Below, piece by piece: positions 10,665-21,640 of a stretch of DNA of 64,000 nt. The notes below the pieces were generated by a model. The model searched no databases. It was not told the DNA's origin and saw only the letters and a program-made list of their open reading frames with translations. The stretch is from Candidatus Latescibacterota bacterium (lineage in GTDB: Bacteria; Latescibacterota; UBA2968). Made by a program: the position numbers and the translations under genes. The DNA lies in NCBI GenBank assembly GCA_965204375.1, contig OZ241986.1:5184001-5248000 (forward strand), read 5' to 3'. Each line of letters opens with the position of its first letter. Within the stretch, counting starts at the first letter, position 1.

Positions 10665-13004
10665 ATGTCTTACGAGATGCCACCCGAAGAACTCGCCGCG
10701 ATTGTTGACGCGCCTTTGACACCTTCGTTTAGCATTGACCCGACGAGGACTGTGCTGCTGTTGATGCACCGTCCGGGCGCACCGTCTATTGAAGAGGTGT
10801 CGCGGTCTGAGTTGCGCCTGGCGGGTTTGCGCCTGAATCCGGATGTGAACGGGCAAAGTCGCGTGGGGTTTTACAATGGGCTGACGCTCAAATGGATTGC
10901 CGATGGTCGCGAATTACCTGTGACGGGGTTGCCGAAGGATGCAAAAATTGGACGGGCTTATTGGGCGCCCGATGGGCGGTGGTTTGCTTTTTCGGTGACG
11001 GGTGATGATGGGATTGATCTGTGGGTCGGCAATGCGGAGACGGGCAGGGCGCGTTCGGTTGGCGATGTGAAGTTGAATCAGGTGTTTGGCGGAGCTATGG
11101 TCTGGTTGCCAGACAGTTCGGGGCTGTTGGTGCGCGCGGTGTGTGATGGTCGGGGCGATCCGCCTGAGATGCCCCGCGTGCCCAAAGGCCCGGTGATTCA
11201 GGAAAATGTGGGGGAGCGGGCAGCGCCATCGCGCACGTATCAGGATTTGTTGAAGAATGCATACGATGAGTTGTTATTTGAATATTATGCCACTTCGCAG
11301 GTTGCACTTGTGCGCCTGAATGGGGATGTGAGACCCTTAGGGTCTCCCGGGCTGATCTGTCGCGCTGATCCGTCGCCAGATGGCCGCTATGTGCTGGTGT
11401 TGACTTATCACCGACCGTTTTCGTATCTGGTGCCTTCGTATCGTTTTCCGACACAGGTGGCGATCTGGGATCTGGACGGGCGCGAGGTGCGCGAACTCGT
11501 CGATTTGCCATTGGCCGAGTCTATTCCGATTGCGTATGATGCCGTGACCGAAGGTGCGCGTTCGGTTGGGTGGCGGGCAGACGTGCCTGCGACTGTAACG
11601 TGGGTTGAGGCACAGGATGGCGGCGATCCCGAGGTGGATGTGGCGGTGCGCGATATCGTATATGCGCTCGACGCACCTTTTGAAGATGATGGGCGCGCGC
11701 TTATGTCGCTGGCGATGCGCTATGGTGGGTGTTCGTGGGGGATGGGTGATCTCGCGTTGGTTTCAGAACGCTGGTGGAAAACGCGGCGCGTGCGTACCTG
11801 GCGCATTCGCCCGGATGATCCAGGTTCTGAACCGCAGGTGTTGTTTGATCGGTCGTGGGAAGATCGCTATGGCGATCCCGGCGCGCCCATGTTTACGCGG
11901 TTGCCCAATGGTCGGTCTGTTTTGCTGACGGATGCGTCGCAACGCCATCTGTTTTTTGCAGGTGATGGTGCGTCGCCCAAAGGCGATCGCCCATTTTTGG
12001 ATCGCTATGATCTGGAGACGGGTAAGGCGGAACGTCTCATGCATTCCCAGGCGCCGTTTTACGAGCGGCCCACGATGATGATCAATGCCAATACGGTGTT
12101 GATGAGCCGGGAGAGTGTCGATGAGCCGACCAATTATTATGTGCGGGATTTGGAGCGCAACAATATGCGGCAACTCACGCATTTTGTTCATCCGATGCCG
12201 GAGTTGAAAGCGGTGGAGAAGTCGCTGATTCAGTATCAGCGCGAAGATGGGGTGCAGTTGAATGGGACGTTGTATTTGCCGCCTGGATATAAGAGAGACG
12301 ATGGTCCTTTGCCCGTGCTGATGTGGGCTTATCCCCGCGAATTTAAGAGTGCAGATGCCGCGGGTCAGGTGAAGGATTCTCCTTTTCGCTTTGTGCGTAT
12401 CAGTTCGCACGGCGCAATGCCTTTTTTGGCGCGGGGTTATGCTGTGCTGGATGGTCCGGCGATGCCGATTGTGGGCGAGGGAGACCGCGAGGCAAATGAT
12501 ACTTATGTCGAGCAGCTTGCCGATAGTGCAAGGGCCGCGGTTGATGAGCTGGTGCGTCTGGGCGTGGCGGATCCCAAGAAAGTGGCGGTGGGGGGACACT
12601 CCTACGGCGGGTTTATGACGGCGAATTTGCTGGCCCATACCGATTTGTTTTGCTGTGGTATTGCGCGCAGTGGCGCGTATAACCGCACGTTGACGCCTTT
12701 TGGTTTTCAGGCAGAAGAGCGCACGTTCTGGCAGGCAGCAGATGTTTATGGCGCGATGTCTCCTTTTTATCATGTGCCCAAAATTAGTGCGCCTTTGCTG
12801 CTCATTCACGGTGAGGTAGATAATAATTCGGGTACGTTTCCCATGCAGAGCGAGCGATTTTACAATGCGCTCAAGGGGCACGGCGCCATCTGTCGATTGG
12901 TGATGTTGCCGCACGAGAGCCACGGCTATCGGGCGCGTGAGTCGGTTATGCACGTTCTGTGGGAGATGTCAGAGTGGTTGGATAAGTACGCGAAAAGGGA
13001 ATAA
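10665..13004 (+). CDS. S9 prolyl oligopeptidase family peptidase (glutamyl endopeptidase-like)
   Basis: GGHSYGG nucleophile elbow, HGEVDNNSGT, ESHGY. Confidence 0.92.
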   Translation: MSYEMPPEELAAIVDAPLTPSFSIDPTRTVLLLMHRPGAPSIEEVSRSELRLAGLRLNPDVNGQSRVGFYNGLTLKWIADGRELPVTGLPKDAKIGRAYWAPDGRWFAFSVTGDDGIDLWVGNAETGRARSVGDVKLNQVFGGAMVWLPDSSGLLVRAVCDGRGDPPEMPRVPKGPVIQENVGERAAPSRTYQDLLKNAYDELLFEYYATSQVALVRLNGDVRPLGSPGLICRADPSPDGRYVLVLTYHRPFSYLVPSYRFPTQVAIWDLDGREVRELVDLPLAESIPIAYDAVTEGARSVGWRADVPATVTWVEAQDGGDPEVDVAVRDIVYALDAPFEDDGRALMSLAMRYGGCSWGMGDLALVSERWWKTRRVRTWRIRPDDPGSEPQVLFDRSWEDRYGDPGAPMFTRLPNGRSVLLTDASQRHLFFAGDGASPKGDRPFLDRYDLETGKAERLMHSQAPFYERPTMMINANTVLMSRESVDEPTNYYVRDLERNNMRQLTHFVHPMPELKAVEKSLIQYQREDGVQLNGTLYLPPGYKRDDGPLPVLMWAYPREFKSADAAGQVKDSPFRFVRISSHGAMPFLARGYAVLDGPAMPIVGEGDREANDTYVEQLADSARAAVDELVRLGVADPKKVAVGGHSYGGFMTANLLAHTDLFCCGIARSGAYNRTLTPFGFQAEERTFWQAADVYGAMSPFYHVPKISAPLLLIHGEVDNNSGTFPMQSERFYNALKGHGAICRLVMLPHESHGYRARESVMHVLWEMSEWLDKYAKRE

Positions 13005-13068
13005 AAATTCAAAAAAGAGAATTTTTATTCTTGACTCGAACGAGTTTTCACGTATTTTCATAAGTCCT

Positions 13069-13557
13069 ATGAGCGCGAAACAAGAACGCCAGCAAAAAAT
13101 TTTAGAGCTGATTGCACATCAGCCCATTGCTCGGCAAGAGGAACTCAGCACCGCGTTGATGGATGTTGGGATTTCGACTACGCAATCGACTCTGTCAAAA
13201 GATATTAAGGAGTTAGGCGTGGTTAAAGTGCCCGATGGCGAAGGTGGGTTTCGCTATCAGGTTCCCGGTGCGTTTATCGGGACAGATCGACTGGTTTTAC
13301 AGGGCGAAAATTTGCTTCGGCGCGAGTTGCAGGATTTTGTCGTCGGTGTGGATGGGGTTGACCTTATGCTGGTTGTAAAGACGATAACGGGTCACGCACA
13401 GGGGGTTTGTGAGTCCATTGATCAGATGTCATGGCCCGAGGTTGTGGGTACTCTTGCTGGTGAGAATACGATTTTTATTTTGTGTCGGTCTCCCGAAGCG
13501 CGGATGAATCTCGAGCGCGATATTCAGGGACAGATTGGGGATACAGGAAGGACCTGA
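13069..13557 (+). CDS. argR: Arginine repressor
   Basis: RQQKILELI, QEEL, TQSTLSKDIKEL, VVGTLAGENTIFI. Heads the arg cluster. Confidence 0.9.
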   Translation: MSAKQERQQKILELIAHQPIARQEELSTALMDVGISTTQSTLSKDIKELGVVKVPDGEGGFRYQVPGAFIGTDRLVLQGENLLRRELQDFVVGVDGVDLMLVVKTITGHAQGVCESIDQMSWPEVVGTLAGENTIFILCRSPEARMNLERDIQGQIGDTGRT

Positions 13558-13559
13558 CG

Positions 13560-14492
13560 GTGATTAAAATAGGCATTTACGGCGATACGGGGATGGTGGG
13601 GCAGGAGATCCAAAAGGTGTTGAAACACCACGATCGGGCAAGTATCGCGTTTCGACAAAATTCAAGGCGTCGGGATGGCAATTTGGCCGATTGCGATGTG
13701 GTGTTTTTGGCGACGAAGGATCCCGAGTCGATGAAGTTTGCGCCCGAGGCTCTGGCCGCAGGTGCGAAAGTGATCGATATGAGCGGTGCTTTTCGGTTGC
13801 CGAGAGAGGCGTTTGAAAGGGGTTATGGTCTGGTGCATACGGCGCCTGAGTTGCTCAAAGAAGCGGTTTATGGCCTACCCGCTTTGTTTGCCAAAGAGAT
13901 TGCTATGGCGCGTCTGGTGGGCAATCCGGGGTGTTATCCTACGAGTGTTATTTTGGCTTTGTATCCTCTCAAATCTCTCGTGCAGGGGGAAGCGACGATT
14001 GTGGCGACTTCGGGTAATTCGGGTGCGCGAGCCGAGGTGGAGGATGTGTCAAATGAGGTTGCGTATAGCTATGGCAAGCGACACAAACACGTGCCTGAAA
14101 TGGTTTTGTATTCGGGCTTTGAAGTGAATTTTACGCCTATTGTATTGCGGTCAGTATTTGCGGGTATTAATGCAAATATTCGAGTTGAACTGACTGATGA
14201 GTTGAAGGCGCTGGCAAATGAAGATGCCGCTACGCAGTTGCGCGAGGCGATTGCAAGTGCTTATGGCGCTGACGATCTGGTGCAGGTGGTTGAAGATTCC
14301 GACGCGCATTGGTGGGGTACGCGCGATGTGGTAGATACGCATAAACTGATTATCAAGTTGGGCGTTGATGATGGCTTTGCTTATATCAATGTCCTGGAAG
14401 ACAATTTGCAAAAAGGCGCGGCTACCCAGGCTGTGGAAAATATGAATTTGATGCAGGCTCTGCCGCGTCTTTATGGGATTACTACAGTGTGA
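13560..14492 (+). CDS. argC: N-acetyl-gamma-glutamyl-phosphate reductase
   Basis: GDTGMVG, VIDMSGAFRL, GNPGCYPTS, HKHVPE, DNLQKGAA.QAVENMN. GTG start. Confidence 0.9.
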   Translation: MIKIGIYGDTGMVGQEIQKVLKHHDRASIAFRQNSRRRDGNLADCDVVFLATKDPESMKFAPEALAAGAKVIDMSGAFRLPREAFERGYGLVHTAPELLKEAVYGLPALFAKEIAMARLVGNPGCYPTSVILALYPLKSLVQGEATIVATSGNSGARAEVEDVSNEVAYSYGKRHKHVPEMVLYSGFEVNFTPIVLRSVFAGINANIRVELTDELKALANEDAATQLREAIASAYGADDLVQVVEDSDAHWWGTRDVVDTHKLIIKLGVDDGFAYINVLEDNLQKGAATQAVENMNLMQALPRLYGITTV

Positions 14493-15394
14493 TGGAGAAG
14501 ACCTTGGATTACAAGATCATTGAAAAGGCTGCGATTTTAATTGAGGCATTTCCGTATATTCGCGAATTTCGCGACAAAATGATTGTGGTGAAATACGGCG
14601 GTAGCACACAGCCCGAAGAGGGTGGTTCCCCTACTATAATGGCCGATCTGGTGTTTATGGAGACCGTGGGTATGCGTCCCGTGGTTGTACACGGAGGCGG
14701 TAAGGATATTAGCAGGCGTCTGGAGGAGTCGGGTATTGAATCGCAATGGGTCAATGGCTTGCGGGTGACGGATAAGGCGTCGATGCAGGTGGTGGAAGAT
14801 ACGTTGTTTGGCGAGGTGAACCGGCGCATTGTCGATGGTCTGGAGATACTCGATGGACGCGCGCGCAGTATGTCGGCAAAAGACGCTGGCGTGATGTATG
14901 TGACAAAGCATTTTGCGACGGTAGAGGAGGAAGATGGGGAGACCAAGAGGGTCGATATCGGCTATGTTGGCGATGTCGCCCGAATTGATCCCGAACCCAT
15001 CCGTCTGGCTTGTGAAGAGGGCATGATTCCCGTTATTTCGCCTATTGGATTGGGACCAGAGGGCGAGAGTTATAATGTGAATGCCGATACCGCGGCTGGG
15101 GAGATTGCGCGGGCACTGCAAGCGGAGAAGCTGGTGTTTTTGACGGATGTGAATGGTATCCGACGGTTTCCAGATGATCCAGATTCGCAGATTTCAACAT
15201 TGCATGTCAATGATGTGGAGACCCTGATTGAGAGAGGTATTGCCAGCGGGGGGATGATTCCCAAGTTGCGCGCCTGTGAACGTTCTGTGAAGGGCGGTGT
15301 TCACAAGACGCATATTATTGATGGCAGTGTTCCGCACGCGCTTTTGCTGGAGATTTTTACCCGCGAGGGTATTGGTACGCAGATAGTTCAGTAG
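14489..15394 (+). CDS. argB: Acetylglutamate kinase
   Basis: VVKYGGS, VVVHGGG, GLRVTD, NVNADTAA, GGMIPKL. Confidence 0.95.
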   Translation: MMEKTLDYKIIEKAAILIEAFPYIREFRDKMIVVKYGGSTQPEEGGSPTIMADLVFMETVGMRPVVVHGGGKDISRRLEESGIESQWVNGLRVTDKASMQVVEDTLFGEVNRRIVDGLEILDGRARSMSAKDAGVMYVTKHFATVEEEDGETKRVDIGYVGDVARIDPEPIRLACEEGMIPVISPIGLGPEGESYNVNADTAAGEIARALQAEKLVFLTDVNGIRRFPDDPDSQISTLHVNDVETLIERGIASGGMIPKLRACERSVKGGVHKTHIIDGSVPHALLLEIFTREGIGTQIVQ

Positions 15395-15416
15395 CCTTAA
15401 ACCATAAGGATTTAGC

Positions 15417-16616
15417 ATGACGACTCGAGAAATTATTGACTTAGAACAGAAGTACATTTTGCAGACCTATGGACGGCCCGAGTTTGTGCTGGAAAAGGGC
15501 GATGGGGTCCATATTGTGGATACGGATGGGAAGCATTATCTCGATTTTGTAAGTGGCCTGTCTGTCAATGCCCTGGGATATAATAATTCGGTGATTCAAG
15601 AGGCTGCCAACGCGCAGTTGGACAAGTTGATCCATGTTTCAAATTTGTACCACACGATTCCGGCGCCTCAGCTGGCGCAGTTGCTGTGCGAGCATTCGTT
15701 TGCCGATCGCGTGTTTTTTTGCAATAGCGGAACAGAGTCTATTGAGGCTGCGCTGAAGTTTGCGCGCAAGTGGGGGTATAAGAATTTTGAAGATGCGCCG
15801 AAGAATAAAATTATTGCGATGAATAATTCTTTTCACGGGCGAACGTATGGGGGGATTTCTGCAACGGGTCAACCCAGATATCATCAGGGTTTTGGGCCAA
15901 TGCTGCCGGGCATTGAGTTTGCCGATTTGAACGATTTAGAGTCGGTGGAGAAGATAGCAGATGGCCAGACGGTGGCTGTGTTGTTGGAGCCGCTACAGGC
16001 AGAAGGGGGTATTCATTCGGCAGATCCGGCATTTTTGGAGGGCGTGCGCGCCCTGTGCGATGAGATGAAGATGTTGTTGATTTTCGATGAGATTCAGTGC
16101 GGTTTGGGGCGGGCTGGTTCGCTGTTTTGCTATGAGCAGTACGGCGTGACGCCAGATATTATGACGCTTGCCAAGCCCCTGGCTGGCGGGTTGCCGATTG
16201 GGGCGACGCTTGTGACGCAGGATGTGGCCGATGCAGTGGAGCCGGGGGATCACGCCGCGACATTTGGCGCGCATCCCGTGTCGTGTGCAGTGGCGATTGA
16301 GGTGTTTAGAACGCTGTCTGATCCCGCATTTATTGCGGGTATAGAAGAGAAGAGTGCGTATTTGTTTGGGAAGCTGAGTGCACTGAAAGACAAACACGCC
16401 GAGAAGGTGACGGAAATTCGCGGCAGCGGGTTGATCGCGGGCGCGGTGTTGAAGGAGATACCAGCGGCGGATGCGATGAATGCGATTCGAGAGAATAACG
16501 ATATTCTATTATGTGTCGCAGGGCCAGATGTGGTTCGCTTTTTGCCGCCGCTGGTGATTGAAAAGGAACATATTGACGAGGCGGTGAATGCGCTGGATGA
16601 GTTTTTGACGGATTAA
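15417..16616 (+). CDS. argD: Acetylornithine aminotransferase
   Basis: FCNSGTE, SFHGRT, DEIQCG.GR, TLAKPLAGG. Confidence 0.93.
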   Translation: MTTREIIDLEQKYILQTYGRPEFVLEKGDGVHIVDTDGKHYLDFVSGLSVNALGYNNSVIQEAANAQLDKLIHVSNLYHTIPAPQLAQLLCEHSFADRVFFCNSGTESIEAALKFARKWGYKNFEDAPKNKIIAMNNSFHGRTYGGISATGQPRYHQGFGPMLPGIEFADLNDLESVEKIADGQTVAVLLEPLQAEGGIHSADPAFLEGVRALCDEMKMLLIFDEIQCGLGRAGSLFCYEQYGVTPDIMTLAKPLAGGLPIGATLVTQDVADAVEPGDHAATFGAHPVSCAVAIEVFRTLSDPAFIAGIEEKSAYLFGKLSALKDKHAEKVTEIRGSGLIAGAVLKEIPAADAMNAIRENNDILLCVAGPDVVRFLPPLVIEKEHIDEAVNALDEFLTD

Positions 16617-17863
16617 CATTGAACGGTTTTTTCGATCACTTCCCCATCGCCGAGATGGATAACGGCTTTCCATTCCCGGTCATCGTTCCGAACATCTATG
16701 CCACCTTGCCGCCAGTTGGTCTGAAAGTGCAGGGAAAAGGGTTCGTCATACGCGGTATCGTACAATTTGCCATTTCGATAAAAATCGACATAGCTGATTG
16801 TTTCGGGGTATAAGCTGGCGAGTCGAAGCCAGCGCTGGCCCCGGTATTCCCAATCGGATTCCAGGCCCTGGAGGTAGTACTGGTCGTCAATCGCATCTGT
16901 GGCGATTCCTATGCCTTCTGCCATCCGGTGTGCAAAGAAGGTGTCTTCTCCGGTGGTGATTCCCCAATCAGTGGGTGGCTCTTGTTTGGTCATGTTGTTG
17001 TAATATCCCCACGAGGTTTGCGTTTTATAGGCGACCTGGAGTTGTCCTATGGCCTGGGAATCTTCGTTGCAAACGATGGGGCGGTTCAGGTTCCAGTTTC
17101 GCACTTCCTGGATCATGTTGTGATATCGCTGCCGCGTGCAGCCGTTTCCGTGTATGAGGATGACGTCGCTGGCTTCGGCGACTTCCCGGTTGCGATATCC
17201 ACCCCCGCCACTGCACCCACAGGGTAGGCCACCCGATTCTTTTCTCGCGAGATCCAATAGTGTTATCATTCCTTCGGGTTCTTGAATGATGGGGTGATTT
17301 GCAAATGCTCCAATATTCATCTCGTTTGCGATTTCGATGATGACGTTGGGATATTCTTTTACAAAACGCGAGGCGGTTATTACGGCGTTGCGGATGGATT
17401 TTGCATCTTCTATCCAGCGGGTTTGCGAGCCATAAAAGAAGCTGACGATGACGATCATTCCAACTGCATCTGCTCCCCGGATCAGTTTGTCCATCCGCTC
17501 GGCGTAGTCGGCGTCGAGGTTCAGGCCGTCTTCGCCAAAGGGATTGTTCTGGATGGTGTGATTTGGGGTTGTGAAACACGGACCTCCGCCCTGGAATCCG
17601 GTTGTGAATGCGCGCAGTCCATAGCGATACCATTCGGGCAGTGCGGCTATGAGACGCTCGGTGTTGGCCATGGGCTCCCATTCGCTGTGGCCCCACCGCG
17701 CAAAGCGTTCGGGTTCCATCGCGTCGTCAAAAATGCCCTGGATAAATCGGGCATTCATGAGCAGTCCATGGGCGTCGGGTCTCGTTCCATCGATTTCTGA
17801 ATACGTCACCTTCTCGTTTATTAGAAATTTTTCGCCTTCTATGGTCAGGTGTGTTTTTGCCAT
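16613..17863 (-). CDS. Hypothetical protein, possible glycoside-hydrolase-like TIM barrel
   Basis: 416-aa ORF with RBS. IIEIANE and IVCNED resemble GH-A clan glutamates. Confidence 0.65.
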   Translation of the reverse strand: MAKTHLTIEGEKFLINEKVTYSEIDGTRPDAHGLLMNARFIQGIFDDAMEPERFARWGHSEWEPMANTERLIAALPEWYRYGLRAFTTGFQGGGPCFTTPNHTIQNNPFGEDGLNLDADYAERMDKLIRGADAVGMIVIVSFFYGSQTRWIEDAKSIRNAVITASRFVKEYPNVIIEIANEMNIGAFANHPIIQEPEGMITLLDLARKESGGLPCGCSGGGGYRNREVAEASDVILIHGNGCTRQRYHNMIQEVRNWNLNRPIVCNEDSQAIGQLQVAYKTQTSWGYYNNMTKQEPPTDWGITTGEDTFFAHRMAEGIGIATDAIDDQYYLQGLESDWEYRGQRWLRLASLYPETISYVDFYRNGKLYDTAYDEPFSLHFQTNWRQGGIDVRNDDREWKAVIHLGDGEVIEKTVQC

Positions 17864-17872
17864 GTTTTCTCC

Positions 17873-19303
17873 TTAACGGTCATAGAGGTATTCGGTGTAG
17901 TCCCATTCGTAATCCCGAGAACTGCCCATTATGCTTTCCGCGTAGTATTTTTTCTGGATTTCGTCGTGTTTTTGGGTGAGTCGATGCAGGTTTTCGGGGT
18001 GTCTCAAGGCGTCGTTGGTTTCTTTTTGCCAGGTTTCAAGGCGATTTTTTAATGCCTGCAATACGTCGTGATATGCCGGATTATGAGATAGGTTATCAAA
18101 TTCCCATGGGTCGTTTTGCAGGTCGTAAAGTTCGTATTCGGGTGGTTGTTCATAGCGTTCGTAAGCTGCCCGAATGCGCTTATCTGCGCTGGCAATTTCT
18201 TCTTGTGTCGCGCCGGATGTCCACTTTTGGTTCCTGTCCGAATATCCCAGTGCGCTCGGGCTTGGGCGGTCCTGGAGGAGATTGGCGATGAGTTTGTATC
18301 GACCATCTCGCACGCAGCGCTGTGGGAAATACGTGACGACGCCACCACTTCCCCATTCGGCGTATAGATGGGTTCGCCAGTCAATTTTTTGTCCTTTTAA
18401 TAGGGGGGCAAAGGATGCGCCTGCCACACCTGTGGGACACGCTATTCCCAGGATATCTGTCACGGTTGGCAAAATGTCGATTTGCGATACCAGTTCATCG
18501 CGTGTGTGGCCTTTAAGGCCAATACCGGGGCATCGCACGATTAGCGGTATGCGCAATCCGCCCTCGTAGATCGATGTTTTTCCCCGGGAAAACTGGGCGC
18601 CGTGATCGGTTGTAAAGATCACGAGTGTATTTTCGGTTTTTCCCAGTGCTCTCAGTTGTTCTAAGACCAGTCCTATGCCGGTGTCCAATCTGGACATGCA
18701 GTTGTAGTAGTCTGCGGTTTCCTCCCTGAGACGGGGAGTGTCAATGCCGACAAATGGGAGTGTCTCGACGTCTTTGCCCTCCTGTGGTTGTTCTGGTACG
18801 CCGAATTGTTGGCGGTGGAATGGCAGGTGCGCGTCGGGAAAGCTGATTTGTAAAAAGAACGGTTCGTCGGATGGTTTCATAAATTCGCCCGCTACTTCGG
18901 CCATTTTGCGTACGTCGCGGTTGGCAAAGCTGATAAATTCTTTCGGATTCCACCGCAGGTCGTAGGGAAAGACGTCTTCGGGATTGATGTGCAATTTGCC
19001 GATTAGTCCGGTTCTGTATCCTTCGTTTTTTAACAGGCGAGGCATGTTGGGAAATGCATCGTACAATGCGTATTTGTGGGTTGCCAATCCGAACTGACCA
19101 TTCTGGTGTGGATATAATCCGGTCAGGATACTCGCCCGGCCGGGGCTGCATACGGCCTGCGTCGCATACATGTTTTCAAATCGCACGCCTTCAGAGGCGA
19201 GTTTGTCTATGTGCGGCGTTTGTGCATAAGGGTCGCCATAACAACCGATATGTTGTCCGTTGTCTTCTGAGATTATGAGCAGGATGTTGTACCTGGATGA
19301 CAT
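17873..19303 (-). CDS. Sulfatase (N-sulfoglucosamine sulfohydrolase-like)
   Basis: CSPGRASILTG, GKLH, DHG, YEGGLRIP. Confidence 0.9.
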   Translation of the reverse strand: MSSRYNILLIISEDNGQHIGCYGDPYAQTPHIDKLASEGVRFENMYATQAVCSPGRASILTGLYPHQNGQFGLATHKYALYDAFPNMPRLLKNEGYRTGLIGKLHINPEDVFPYDLRWNPKEFISFANRDVRKMAEVAGEFMKPSDEPFFLQISFPDAHLPFHRQQFGVPEQPQEGKDVETLPFVGIDTPRLREETADYYNCMSRLDTGIGLVLEQLRALGKTENTLVIFTTDHGAQFSRGKTSIYEGGLRIPLIVRCPGIGLKGHTRDELVSQIDILPTVTDILGIACPTGVAGASFAPLLKGQKIDWRTHLYAEWGSGGVVTYFPQRCVRDGRYKLIANLLQDRPSPSALGYSDRNQKWTSGATQEEIASADKRIRAAYERYEQPPEYELYDLQNDPWEFDNLSHNPAYHDVLQALKNRLETWQKETNDALRHPENLHRLTQKHDEIQKKYYAESIMGSSRDYEWDYTEYLYDR

Positions 19304-19432
19304 TTTGAACTCCTTCCTGTTTGACATGGCTATTGTGATATTCTATCTTTGAAAACAAGCGGTTAGCTGATGGCTGATTTCCAGCGATCAACTCAACCAG
19401 TCCCCAGCCCCTTTTTTTGAGGAATAACCGAT

Positions 19433-21148
19433 ATGATCAAGGGTCTTGCCCCACAATTCGCCTTTTTATTGGGAAAGCGCACAACTCGGCGAAATCTCGG
19501 AACACTGTTCAAATTATTGCTGGCCGTTTCTGTGATTGTTACAATTTTTAGCGTTCTTTTTCATCTGATTATGCTCAGTGAGGGCCAGGAGTTTAGCTGG
19601 TTTACGGGTTTTTATTGGACGCTTACGGTTATGTCAACATTGGGATTTGGCGATATTACCTTTCATGGAGATCTGGGGCGTTTATTCTCTATGGTCGTTT
19701 TGCTGACCGGTATGGTTTTTTTGCTTATTGTTTTGCCGTTTACTTTTATTCAGTTTTTTTATGCGCCGTGGATTCAAGCCCAATCCGAAGCCCGCGCGCC
19801 GCATCAGTTGCCCCGCAGTACGCGAGATCATGTTCTTTTGACCAATTATGACCCCATTGCACACGCGCTTATCAACAAGCTGGATCGCTACCAACATTCC
19901 TACTATCTCATCACGCCAGATTTGGCGCATGCACAACAACTTTACGATCAGGGTATCAATGTTGTGGTCGGGGATTTGGACAATCCGGAAACGTACAAAA
20001 AAATGCAGATTGAACAAGCGGCTCTTGTTGCGGCAACAGATACCGATCCGATTAATACCCATATTGCATTTACTGTGCGCGATCTCAATCCCACTGTGCC
20101 GATTATCGCCAAGGTGGATGATCCCGATTCCGTGGATATTCTCGAATTAGCGGGATGCGACCATGTGCTTCAACTCGAAAAAATGCTGGGCGCATCTCTT
20201 GCGCGACGCACCCAGAGCGGGGAGACCGCAGCGCATGTGATTGGTCAGTACGACGATTTGTTCATTGCCGAGACTACGGCGGCCCATACGCCCCTTGTGG
20301 GCAAAACGCTCGAGGAGATTGGTCTGCGTAGAGAACTGGGCTTGACGGCGGTCGGTGTTTGGGAGCGCGGTATTTTTCAGCCGGCGTTGCCCGATACCCG
20401 TATTGGTCCCCATACTGTGCTGGTTATGACGGGGACACAGAGTCAATTGGACAGGTTTAACGAGTTGTTCTGTATTTACAAAGTTTCAAATGCTCCCGTT
20501 GTCATCATCGGTGGTGGTGGTGTTGGCATGGAGGCTGCGCGCACGCTTGTGGAACAGGGCATCGACTATCGGATTGTGGAAAAAGATGTGATCCAGGCTC
20601 GGAGACTCGATAATTGCATTGTGGGAAATGCCGCGGATTTTGAGGTTTTGAAAAGAGCCGAGATTATGAATGCGTTGACGGTTATTATTACGACGCACGA
20701 TGATGATATCAATGTTTATCTCACGGTTTATTGCCGACGATTGAATCCGGAAATTCAGATTATCAGCCGCGTTACGCAAGAGAGAAATATCGCAACACTG
20801 CACCGCGCGGGCGCGGATTTTGTTATGTCTTATGCGTCGATGGGCGCAGATGCAATTTTCAATTTCTTAAAACGCAGTGATACCCTGATGGTGGCAGAGA
20901 GCCTCAGCGTGTTTAGCGAGGATATCAGCGTGTTTAGAATGAAAATGCCCTCTTCTCTTGTTGGAAAGACGATTGCAAATTCAGCTATTCGCAGGAATAC
21001 GGGATGTACGGTTATCGCACTTAACGATAACCACGAAATGCAGCTCAACCCCGATCCGAATAAACCGCTACCAAAAGCAGCGGAGATTCTCCTTATTGGC
21101 AGTTCGGAAGGGGAAAAGCGATTTTTGGATCGGTATGTCCATACCTGA
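19433..21148 (+). CDS. Potassium channel protein with TrkA-N/TrkA-C domains
   Basis: TMSTLGFGD-type pore motif (VMSTLGFGDI), two RCK pairs, GGGGVG. Confidence 0.9.
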   Translation: MIKGLAPQFAFLLGKRTTRRNLGTLFKLLLAVSVIVTIFSVLFHLIMLSEGQEFSWFTGFYWTLTVMSTLGFGDITFHGDLGRLFSMVVLLTGMVFLLIVLPFTFIQFFYAPWIQAQSEARAPHQLPRSTRDHVLLTNYDPIAHALINKLDRYQHSYYLITPDLAHAQQLYDQGINVVVGDLDNPETYKKMQIEQAALVAATDTDPINTHIAFTVRDLNPTVPIIAKVDDPDSVDILELAGCDHVLQLEKMLGASLARRTQSGETAAHVIGQYDDLFIAETTAAHTPLVGKTLEEIGLRRELGLTAVGVWERGIFQPALPDTRIGPHTVLVMTGTQSQLDRFNELFCIYKVSNAPVVIIGGGGVGMEAARTLVEQGIDYRIVEKDVIQARRLDNCIVGNAADFEVLKRAEIMNALTVIITTHDDDINVYLTVYCRRLNPEIQIISRVTQERNIATLHRAGADFVMSYASMGADAIFNFLKRSDTLMVAESLSVFSEDISVFRMKMPSSLVGKTIANSAIRRNTGCTVIALNDNHEMQLNPDPNKPLPKAAEILLIGSSEGEKRFLDRYVHT

Positions 21149-21150
21149 GC

Positions 21151-21630
21151 TTATTCCTCCGCGATACTTCGATATTTCCCTCCATAATAGAGCAACGGAT
21201 TTCCCTCTCCCAATTCTCCCGCCAGTATTTCTCCTACAAACATGTCGTGGTCGCCTGCTGGCAAGATGTTCACTATCTTGCAGTCGAGATATCCCAGTGT
21301 TCCCTCTATGATCGGTGCACCTGTTTTGCTTTCGCGCAATGTCAGGTCGGAAAAGTCCTTTGGTCCCGGCATGGCAAATCGGTTGGACAGATGTTCTTGC
21401 TCCCGGGTGAGGATGTTGATTGCATAACACTGTCCGTCAGATAAGGCGCTGTGCATGGTCGCCGATTTATCGACCGATACCACGACGAGTGGTGGGTCCA
21501 GCGATAATGACATGACGGCGTTGGCTGTCATGCCGGTTATGTCGCCGTTTTTGTATCGCGTGGTGACGACGGTGACACCCGTTGCAAACCGCCCCATTAT
21601 ATCTCGTTGCAGCCGTGAATCAAATGCCAT
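21151..21630 (-). CDS. Flavin reductase family protein
   Basis: FATGVTVVT, SLSLDPPLV, GDH, PLLY. Confidence 0.92.
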   Translation of the reverse strand: MAFDSRLQRDIMGRFATGVTVVTTRYKNGDITGMTANAVMSLSLDPPLVVVSVDKSATMHSALSDGQCYAINILTREQEHLSNRFAMPGPKDFSDLTLRESKTGAPIIEGTLGYLDCKIVNILPAGDHDMFVGEILAGELGEGNPLLYYGGKYRSIAEE

Positions 21631-21640
21631 AGATCCTCCT

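Noticed and set aside
11763-12953. 396-aa minus-strand ORF (and similar long shadows at 53496-54644 and 60154-60948)
   Set aside because: These are antisense shadows of well-supported genes.
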